Shown here: positions 37,998-45,733 of the stretch, piece by piece | Position numbering within the stretch: position 1 is the stretch's first letter | Layout of the letters: each line of letters starts with the position of its first letter | Source: Capsulimonadaceae bacterium | GTDB lineage: Bacteria > Armatimonadota > Armatimonadia > Armatimonadales > Capsulimonadaceae | Length of the DNA: 64,000 nucleotides | NCBI GenBank assembly: GCA_965215505.1 | Contig: OZ244065.1 | Span: 2,912,001 to 2,976,000 of the forward strand | Direction of reading: 5' to 3' | Notes under the pieces: generated by a model | The model's input: only the letters and a program-made list of their open reading frames with translations | The model's database searches: none | Told to the model about the DNA's origin: nothing | Position numbers and translations under genes: made by a program

Positions 37998-38597
37998 ATG
38001 TGCCAAAATAGTGCTGTGGGAAAGACGAAAGACATCCGCACGCGGGGGGCGAAGCCGCAGGACCCCGACGAGCGGGCGGCGCGGGTCAAGGCCGCCGTGC
38101 GGGATTTGGAACGGATCGGGGCCGCCTTCACGGTGGCCGAGGTCGCCGAGCGGGCGGGCATCTCGCGGGCGACATTGTACCGCAGCCCGGACCTGCGCGC
38201 CCTGGTCGGGGCGAAAGGCGACGGGCCGCGCGTGGTGGACGCGGCGGTTCACGACAAGGTGTGCGCGCGGCACGAGGCGCAGAAGGCGAAGACGCGCGCC
38301 CTCCGGCGCGAGCTGGCCGAGGCCGAGGCGAGCTGGGAAGAAATGCGCGAGCGCGCCCGGACGGCCGAGTCGAAGCTGGCCGCCGCCGAGCGCCGGGCGG
38401 AGGTCCTCGCCTCGCAGGCGCGGGGCGGCATCGGCGGGTCGCTGGGGGCGGTCTCGGTCGCGCTGGGGCCGGAAGAGATGCGCCGCGCCCGGCGCGTCCT
38501 GGCCCGCGCCCTGCACCCGGATTTGTTCGCGCAGGACGGCGCGACGGCGGCTTTGGCGACGGAACTATTGAAGACGCTGAACGCGCTGGCGGAATAG
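37998..38597 (+). CDS. HTH (DUF6262/TetR-like) - coiled coil - HPD (J-domain-like) protein
   Basis: FTVAEVAERAGISRATLY HTH; heptad region; RRVLARALHPD..ELLKTLN; start may be GTG ~38016. Confidence 0.7.
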   Translation: MCQNSAVGKTKDIRTRGAKPQDPDERAARVKAAVRDLERIGAAFTVAEVAERAGISRATLYRSPDLRALVGAKGDGPRVVDAAVHDKVCARHEAQKAKTRALRRELAEAEASWEEMRERARTAESKLAAAERRAEVLASQARGGIGGSLGAVSVALGPEEMRRARRVLARALHPDLFAQDGATAALATELLKTLNALAE

Positions 38598-38646
38598 CAG
38601 AAACGAGGCGGCAGGAAAACCGCCGCCGCTTGGGGAAACAGCCGCC

Positions 38647-39117
38647 ATGCCTGACCTACTCGTATCCCTCTACAAGCTGCCGCCCCGCGAGACCGGCGCG
38701 GCCTCCGTCCGCGACGCGGGCGTCATCATCCGCCGCGCCAACCCGTTCGAGCAGACCCCGGTCGGCGACTTCATCCGCACCCACTTCAGCGTGGGCTGGG
38801 CTGAGGAGATGGCCGTCACCTTCGCCCGCCAGCCGATCACCAATTTCATCGCCATCGAGGACAAGAAGGTCATCGGCTTTGCCGCCTTCGAGTCCACCCG
38901 CAAGGCCTTCTTCGGGCCGACCGGCGTGGACCACGCCCACCGGGGGCGGGGCATCGGGCGTGCCCTGCTGATCGAGTCGCTGTGGGGCTTGTCCGACCTG
39001 GGCTACGCCTACGGCATTATCGGCGCGGCGGGGCCGGTGGAGTTCTACAAGAAGGCCGTCGGCGCGGTCGTCATCCCCGATAGCTGGCCAGGCGTCTACG
39101 CGGATCTGCTGCGTTAG
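38647..39117 (+). CDS. GNAT N-acetyltransferase
   Basis: FGPTGVDHAHRGRGIGRAL, FYKK. Confidence 0.9.
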   Translation: MPDLLVSLYKLPPRETGAASVRDAGVIIRRANPFEQTPVGDFIRTHFSVGWAEEMAVTFARQPITNFIAIEDKKVIGFAAFESTRKAFFGPTGVDHAHRGRGIGRALLIESLWGLSDLGYAYGIIGAAGPVEFYKKAVGAVVIPDSWPGVYADLLR

Positions 39118-39122
39118 GAAAG

Positions 39123-39147
39123 AGGGCGCGATGAATCGCGCCCCTAC
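39123..39147. repeat. GTAG-type REP-like hairpin, identical to 5351-5375
   Basis: AGGGCGCGATGAATCGCGCCCCTAC; overlaps the TAG stop of the SPFH gene. Confidence 0.75.
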
Positions 39148-40082
39148 TGGCCTGACGTGTCTGCCGCCGGGGCGGGCGGGGCGGCCTGCGGAGTGGATTG
39201 GGGCGCGGCAGGGGCAGCGTCTTGAGCGGCGGCGTCGGGCGGCAGGTTGATGATGGCCCCGCGCGGGACGCCGACGATCTCGATGTCCTTGATGTGCCGG
39301 GACTTGACCAGGCGCGGGGTCAGCGAGGCGGCGCGGATGTGGGCAGCCTTCGCCTCGGCCTGGGCCTTCAGAACGGACTTCTGGTTGACGATCTGCTGGA
39401 GTTGGAGGTTGAGCTGGGACAGCTTCAAGTTCTGCTGGGCCGCCAGCCGCGAGCGCAGGGCGACCTTAGTGGCGTCGTCCGGATAAATGGCCCGGATGCG
39501 GACCTCATCAATGACAATCGAGTCCGGGTTGAAGCGGTCGTTCAGCTCTTTCAGCGCGTAGGTGGCCGCCGCCTGTTTGCCGTCGCCGCTCATGTTCTGG
39601 GCCGTATTCGCCAGCCCGAAGGCGTCCACGATGGCCTGGCGGAAGGCGGGGCGGAGCTGCGCCTCCTCGAAGTTGCCGAAGTCCGAAAATTGGTTCCGGT
39701 ACTTGCCGTAAAGCGCGGTGATGCGCTCCGGGTGGTCGGCGTCCCAGGCGATGTGGTAGGTGATGCTGGTATCTACTCTGAGTGTGTTGGAGGAGAGCGT
39801 GTTGACGAGGACGCTGTCGTCCTGCTCGGCGTGCGCGCCTTCGCCCGAACCCTGCACCATCGTGTAGGTGCGCTCGTAGGTGGGGATCTCGATCAGCTCG
39901 TTGCCCGAGAAGGGCGGCTGGGCGTTGAACCCGGCGTGGCGGATGCGCGGGTCCACGCGGCCCGTGTAGTGGTTGATGACTAGGCCGACGTTGCCGGTCT
40001 TGACGACGAACCCGCTGGTGTTGCGGGCGAGCAGCAGGCCGACGACGAGGATGATGCCGAGGGCGATGAACAGTGTTTTCAT
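39144..40082 (-). CDS. SPFH/band-7 (prohibitin-like) protein
   Basis: N-terminal TM, VKTGNVGLVI, VDTSITYHI, coiled coil with AQAEAKA. Confidence 0.85.
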   Translation of the reverse strand: MKTLFIALGIILVVGLLLARNTSGFVVKTGNVGLVINHYTGRVDPRIRHAGFNAQPPFSGNELIEIPTYERTYTMVQGSGEGAHAEQDDSVLVNTLSSNTLRVDTSITYHIAWDADHPERITALYGKYRNQFSDFGNFEEAQLRPAFRQAIVDAFGLANTAQNMSGDGKQAAATYALKELNDRFNPDSIVIDEVRIRAIYPDDATKVALRSRLAAQQNLKLSQLNLQLQQIVNQKSVLKAQAEAKAAHIRAASLTPRLVKSRHIKDIEIVGVPRGAIINLPPDAAAQDAAPAAPQSTPQAAPPAPAADTSGQ

Positions 40083-40091
40083 TGATTTGTC

Positions 40092-40979
40092 TTATTTGTT
40101 GAGCAGGCCCATGAGCTGGTCGGAGGGCAGGTACAGCTTATGCACCTGGCCCAGTTCCTGGTCCTGGACGTAGAGGTCGGTCAGGGTGCTGTTTTGCAGG
40201 CGGTTGACGGTGGCCTCAGCGGTGGCCTGTTGGAGCAGGGTCTGGTTGTCGAATCCCTGCTGCTGCAAGGCGAGTTTGGCGTTGTCTATCTCCTGCATCT
40301 TGGACAGCGTGGTCGAGAGCAGGTCCTTGCTGGCCTGGTCCTGCTCGATGCCACGGATCATCAGATTAGAAAAGACGACGCCGCGCCCGCCCCACTCGTC
40401 ATTGAGCGTTTTTAATGCCCCCTGTTCCGCGCGCTGCTTGCCCGCCGTGGTCAGGGCGGTGGCGGTGTCCATGTCGCCGATGGCGTAGTTGATCGCGCCC
40501 TTGACAGCAGGCTCCAGGTTGACAGCCTCGAACTGGCGCAGGTTGGCGAACTGGTCCTGGTAGGCGCGGTACAGGTCGTCGGCCTTGTCCGGATCAATGC
40601 GGTACTGGGCGGACACGTCCACTTGCAGCATGTTGGAGGCCGTGTTGACCTGGACGGCCCCGGTCGGGTCGGCGGATGTCAGCGACAGGGTCCGCTGGGC
40701 GGTGGGCACCTCGATGACCGTCTCCCAGACGCCCTGCCAGTGTGTCCCTGCGGGCATCAGGTCCTTCTCGATCGTGCCGTGGTAGTTGTTGATGACCAGG
40801 CCGACGTTGCCCGGCGCGATGTGTGTCGGCCCGGCCATGTGCCCGCCGCGCTGGAGCGAGAGGTTCAGGAACAGGAACCCGCCTAAAAGCAGTAATCCTA
40901 GAAGGCCCACTGTCCGTGTGCGCGGCGAGAGTGGCGGGGTGTGTTTCAGTGTGATGGTGTGTTTCGGACTGGTCGCCAT
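40092..40979 (-). CDS. SPFH/band-7 (prohibitin-like) protein
   Basis: TM, IAPGNVGLVI, VDVSAQYRID, coiled coil with ATAEA. Confidence 0.85.
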   Translation of the reverse strand: MATSPKHTITLKHTPPLSPRTRTVGLLGLLLLGGFLFLNLSLQRGGHMAGPTHIAPGNVGLVINNYHGTIEKDLMPAGTHWQGVWETVIEVPTAQRTLSLTSADPTGAVQVNTASNMLQVDVSAQYRIDPDKADDLYRAYQDQFANLRQFEAVNLEPAVKGAINYAIGDMDTATALTTAGKQRAEQGALKTLNDEWGGRGVVFSNLMIRGIEQDQASKDLLSTTLSKMQEIDNAKLALQQQGFDNQTLLQQATAEATVNRLQNSTLTDLYVQDQELGQVHKLYLPSDQLMGLLNK

Positions 40980-41006
40980 TGTTCAGCGCCCTCTTTTCTA
41001 TCGTTT

Positions 41007-41315
41007 CTATCGTTGCGTGTTTTCTTGACCGTTGTTCTCTTGTTTGGTCTTCTGGTACTCCACCTCGGGCGTCACGAATGAACCCAGGTGGCAGCCCGGA
41101 CAGCCCGTATCGGGCAAGGGGCCTTTGAATTTTTTGTCGCAGTTCAGGCAGCGGAGCCATTCGCCCTTGCGCTGCAAGCGGGCCTCGCGCTCGGCGGCCA
41201 CGCGGGCCGCTTCGGCCTCGGCCTTGTCGCGCGTGACGCTGCCGCGCAGGGACCAGAGCCAGAGGCCCACCATCACGAGGCCCGCCGCGAACATCCCGTC
41301 GAACACAAGTTGCAT
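41007..41315 (-). CDS. Small membrane protein with a zinc ribbon
   Basis: N-terminal TM, CLNC...CPGC. Confidence 0.7.
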   Translation of the reverse strand: MQLVFDGMFAAGLVMVGLWLWSLRGSVTRDKAEAEAARVAAEREARLQRKGEWLRCLNCDKKFKGPLPDTGCPGCHLGSFVTPEVEYQKTKQENNGQENTQR

Positions 41316-41339
41316 CTGTCAGTCTTTCTCTTATCATAT

Positions 41340-41376
41340 TGACACGCGCGGGCCGAAAAAGTTGCCGCGCGTGTCA
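41340..41376. promoter_or_regulatory. 12-bp inverted repeat in the divergent SPFH/pao intergenic region
   Basis: TGACACGCGCGG-N13-CCGCGCGTGTCA. Confidence 0.45.
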
Positions 41377-41436
41377 CATCACGTCAATTTGGGTAAACCG
41401 TTTCTGTTTTCGTCCCCGCAAGAAAGGACCGCCTGC

Positions 41437-42462
41437 ATGGACCATTCCATCGCGCCCCTGCCGCCCGGCACGCCCGCCCCTGATTTTACCCTGTCCGGCC
41501 CGCCCGATGCTCCCGTTTCCCTGTCCGGCCTGCGCGGGCAGCCCATCGTCCTGGCCTTCACCCCGTCCGGCTGGGACCCGGCCCGCGCGACTCAGATGGA
41601 GCAGTACGGCAAAGTTCTGTCCGAGGCATTCGCCGACGAGCAGATCCGGTTCCCGCTGCTGACCGACGCTGCGGTCGCGGAGCAGTACGGCGTCGCGGGC
41701 CGGCAGGCGTTGTTCGTCGTGGACGCCGAGGGCGTCATCCGCTGGAGCCATGTCGCGCCCGCCGGGCTGGCCCCGCGCGCCGAGGAGCTTCTAGCTGGGC
41801 TGGACAGCCTGCGCCCCCGGCCCCGGAGCGGCGGGCTATCGCGACGCGAGTTCCTGGCGACGACCCTGGCCGCCGCGTTCGCCCTGGCCCTGCCGCTGGG
41901 CGCGGGCCGGGCCGAGGCGCAGGGGCCGGGGACCGTCGCACCCGGCCCAGCGGCTTCGCCGCCTGCGGGGACAATGCCCGTGACGCTTACGGTCAATGGG
42001 ACCGAACACGCCCTGAACATTGACCCGCGCGTCTCGCTGCTGGACGCCCTGCGCGAGCGGATCGGCCTGACCGGCTCCAAGAAGGGCTGCGACCACGGTC
42101 AGTGCGGGGCCTGCACGGTGCAGGTTGACGGGCGGCGCATCAACTCGTGCCTGTCGCTTGCCGTCGCCAACCAGGGCAAGAAGATCACGACCATCGAGGG
42201 GCTGGCGCACGGCGACGACCTGCACCCGATGCAGGCGGCGTTCCTGGCCCACGACGGCTTCCAGTGCGGCTACTGCACGTCCGGGCAGATCGTGTCCGCC
42301 GTGTCCCTGCTGGATGAGCCGGTCGGGCCGACCGATGCCGACGTGCGCGAGAGCATGAGCGGCAACCTGTGCCGCTGCGGGGCGTACCCGAACATCCTCG
42401 CCGCCATCCAGGATGTGCGCTCGGCCAGGGGAACGGAGGGGAATAAGAATGTACCCGTTTGA
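41437..42462 (+). CDS. paoA: PaoA-like 2Fe-2S subunit with an N-terminal AhpC/TSA-like domain and internal Tat motif
   Basis: GAAAGGA RBS; APDFTL..SLSGLRGQPIVLAF; SRREFL; GSKKGCDHGQCGAC..NSCL, QCGYC, NLCRC. Confidence 0.85.
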   Translation: MDHSIAPLPPGTPAPDFTLSGPPDAPVSLSGLRGQPIVLAFTPSGWDPARATQMEQYGKVLSEAFADEQIRFPLLTDAAVAEQYGVAGRQALFVVDAEGVIRWSHVAPAGLAPRAEELLAGLDSLRPRPRSGGLSRREFLATTLAAAFALALPLGAGRAEAQGPGTVAPGPAASPPAGTMPVTLTVNGTEHALNIDPRVSLLDALRERIGLTGSKKGCDHGQCGACTVQVDGRRINSCLSLAVANQGKKITTIEGLAHGDDLHPMQAAFLAHDGFQCGYCTSGQIVSAVSLLDEPVGPTDADVRESMSGNLCRCGAYPNILAAIQDVRSARGTEGNKNVPV

Positions 42463-43435
42463 TTATGTGCAGGCCACCGATGAGGGCGCGGCCGTCAAGT
42501 CCGTCGCGCCCCGGCCCGATGCCAAGTATCTAGCGGGCGGCACGACTCTGATTGACCTGATCAAGCTGCACGTCGAGCGGCCCGCGCATTTGGTTGATGT
42601 CACCGGCCTGCCGCTGGCACAGATCGCCGACCTTCCCGGCGGCGGCGTCCGCATCGGTGCGCTGGTCAAGAACAGCGACCTGGCCCACGACGCCCGCATC
42701 CAGAAGGGCTACCCTGTTCTGTCCGAGGCGCTGCTGTCTGGTGCCTCGCCGCAGCTCCGCAACATGGCGACCACGGCGGGGAACCTGATGCAGCGGACGC
42801 GCTGCTACTACTTCCGGGACACGGCGACGCCCTGCAACAAGCGCGAGCCGGGTTCCGGCTGCCCGGCAATCGGCGGCTACAACCGCATCCACGCCGTGCT
42901 GGGCACGAGCGAGAAGTGTATCGCCTCGCACCCCTCCGACATGTGCGTCGCGATGACTGCCCTGGATGCCGTGATCCGTGTTCAGGGGCCGGGCGGCGAG
43001 CGCGTCATCCCCATCGGCGAGTTCTACATCCCCTATGGGGAGGACCCCGTTCGGGAGACGGTTTTGCAGCACGGCGAGTTGATTACGGCTGTTGATCTGC
43101 CCGCGTCGCCGTTTGCCGCCCGTTCGCATTATTTGAAGGTCCGTGACCGGGCCTCCTACGCCTTCGCGCTGGCCTCCGCCGCCATCGCTTTGGACGTGCA
43201 GGGCGGCAAGATCGCGCAGGCCCGCGTCGTCATGGGCGGGGTCGGCTCCAAGCCCTGGCGCTCCCTGGACGCCGAGAAGACCCTGGTCGGCCACGCGCCC
43301 GGCCCGGATGTTTACCGCACGGCGGCGGAGGCGGCTTTGAAGGGCGCGAAGGGCTACAAAGACAACGCCTTCAAGATAGAGCTGGCAAAGCGGACGGTGG
43401 TTCGCTGTTTGACGACCGTTGGGAACATGGCTTGA
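42449..43435 (+). CDS. paoB: PaoB/YagS-like FAD-binding subunit
   Basis: LAGGTTLIDL, ASPQLRNMAT, RCYYFRD..CNKR..C, KVRDRASYAFAL. Confidence 0.93.
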   Translation: MYPFDYVQATDEGAAVKSVAPRPDAKYLAGGTTLIDLIKLHVERPAHLVDVTGLPLAQIADLPGGGVRIGALVKNSDLAHDARIQKGYPVLSEALLSGASPQLRNMATTAGNLMQRTRCYYFRDTATPCNKREPGSGCPAIGGYNRIHAVLGTSEKCIASHPSDMCVAMTALDAVIRVQGPGGERVIPIGEFYIPYGEDPVRETVLQHGELITAVDLPASPFAARSHYLKVRDRASYAFALASAAIALDVQGGKIAQARVVMGGVGSKPWRSLDAEKTLVGHAPGPDVYRTAAEAALKGAKGYKDNAFKIELAKRTVVRCLTTVGNMA

Positions 43436-43442
43436 AGTGCCA

Positions 43443-45721
43443 ATGAGCGGCGACACGGAACAGCAGACCGGCGGCAGTCAGGCCGTGGTCGGCCGGCCCC
43501 TCAGCCGGGCCGACGGGCGGCTGAAGGTGACCGGGCAGGCCAAGTACACGGCGGAAACCGATCTTCCGGGCATGGCCTGTGCCGTCCTCGTGCCGAGCGA
43601 GATCGCGCGGGGGCGGGTCCTGAGTGTAGATACGAAAGACGCCGAGGCCGCGCCGGGCGTCCTCGCCGTCCTGACGCACCTCACCATGCCCAGGCTGACC
43701 GAAGCGCCGGTCCTGCTGGCACAGTCCGGCCAGAGCAGCCCCAAGGGTTCGGCGGGCCAGCAGTTCCTGCCGATGCAGGGTGACGTCATCCACTACGCGG
43801 GCCAGCCGATTGCGCTGGTCGTGGCCGAGACGCTGGAACGGGCGGCGGGCGCGGCGGAGTTGGTCAAGGCGCGGTATGCGCGAGAGAAACCGCGCGCAGA
43901 CTTCGAGGCGGCACGGTCACGCGCGTTCCGGCCCGTCAACGGCTGGCCGGAGCCGGCGGAGACGGAGCGGGGGACGTGGCGGCGGGGCTGGGCGCGGCGG
44001 ACGTGCGCGTCACCCAGGTCTACCACACGGCCTTGCAGCACCATGTCACGATGGAACCCCACGCGACGGTGGCCGAGTGGGACGGCGACGCGCTCACGCT
44101 GTATGAGCCGTCCACCTGGGTGCAGGGTGTGACCAAGACCGTCGCGACGTGGCTGGGGGTGCCGCCGGAAAAGGTGCATGTGATCCAGAAATTTGTCGGC
44201 GGATCGTTCGGCAGCAAAGGTCCCACCTGGCCGCACGTCGCGCTGGCCGCCGTGGCGGCGCGGCAGGTGGCCCGGCCCGTCAAGCTGGTCCTGAGCCGTC
44301 AGCAGACGTTCTGGTCGAACGGCTACCGGCCGCGCATCCGGCACTTCGTCCAGATTGGCGCGAAGGCCGACGGCACACTGACCGCCCTGCGGCACGAGGC
44401 GACGACGCACACGGCCCCATTCGACCGGCGCATCGTTGCGCCGGTGACGAAGACGAGTTCCCGGCTGTATGCCTGCCCGAACGTGGCGACGGCGTACCGG
44501 ATGACCCGCCTGAACCTGAGCGGGCCGTTCACGATGCGCGGGCCGGGCGAGACGCCTGGCCTGTTCGCCGTCGAGTCGGCCATGGACGAGCTTGCCTACG
44601 CTCTGGACATGGACCCCGTCGCCCTGCGGCTGAAGAACTACGCCGAGAAGGACCCCGAGGAGGGCAAGCCCTGGTCGTCCAAGTCCCTGCGCGCCTGCTA
44701 CGAGCAGGGCGCGGCGCGGTTCGGCTGGGGCAAACGGACGATGGCCCCCGGCTCCATGAAGGCCGACGACGGCAGGCTCATCGGCTGGGGCATGGCGACG
44801 ATGATGTACGACGCCAAATCCGCCCCGGCGTCTGCTTCGGCCCGGATGGAGCCGGACGGCAGCGTCGTCCTGCGGAGCGCGACCTGTGACCCCGGCACCG
44901 GCCCGTACACGATCATGCCGCAGATCGCCGCCGACATCCTGGGCGTCCCCGTGAGCCGCGTCCGGCTGGAACTCGGCGATTCGCGGCTGCCGAAAGCGCC
45001 GCTGGCCGCCGGCTCACAGACCTCGGCCAGCGTCGGGTCGGCGGTGCGGGCGGCCAGCGAGTCGCTGCGGCGTTCGCTGCTGGCGGCATCGTTCACGGAC
45101 GCGGCCTCCCCCCTCTTCGGGCTGACCGAGGGACAGGTCTGCACGGAAGGCGGGCGGGTCTTCGCCCGCGCCGAGCCGGGCAGGGGGCAGACCTACGCGG
45201 ATATCTTAGCCCGGCACGCGCCCGAAGGCATGGAGGCGACCGAGGAAGTAGACCCGCACGGCGGGGCCAAGGACTTCTCCCTGTACTCGTTCGGCGCGCA
45301 CTTCGCCGAGGTGAAAGTAGACCCGGATTTGGGCGAAATCCGCGTCACGCGCTACGTCGGGGCGTTCGGCGCGGGGCGCATCCTGAACGCCAAGACCGCC
45401 CGGAGCCAGTTAATCGGCGGCGTCATCTGGGGGCTGGGCATGGCCCTCCATGAAGAGACGCACCTGGACACGAAGATGGGGCGCATCGTCAACCCGGACC
45501 TGGCCGAATACCACATCCCGGTGAACGCCGACGTGCCGGACCTGGACGTGTTTTTTGTGGAAGAAGAGGACGCCCACGTCAACCCGCTGGGCGTCAAGGG
45601 CATCGGCGAGATCGGCACCATCGGCGCGGCTGCGGCGGTCGCCAATGCCGTGTATCATGCGACGGGCCGGCGCGTCCGCGACCTGCCGATCACGCCGGAC
45701 AAAGTCATGTCGGACAGATAG
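43443..45721 (+). pseudogene. paoC: PaoC/YagR-like molybdopterin subunit, copy 1, with a single frameshift in a G5 run (43969-43973)
   Basis: N-terminal RADGRLKVTG..ETERG joins (D)VAAGL in another frame; GGSFGSK, MRGPGE, KGIGEIG are intact. Confidence 0.85.
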
Positions 45722-45733
45722 GAAACGGAACCT

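Noticed and set aside
41032-41436. Upstream extension of paoA
   Set aside because: It overlaps the opposite-strand zinc-ribbon gene; the RBS supports ATG 41437
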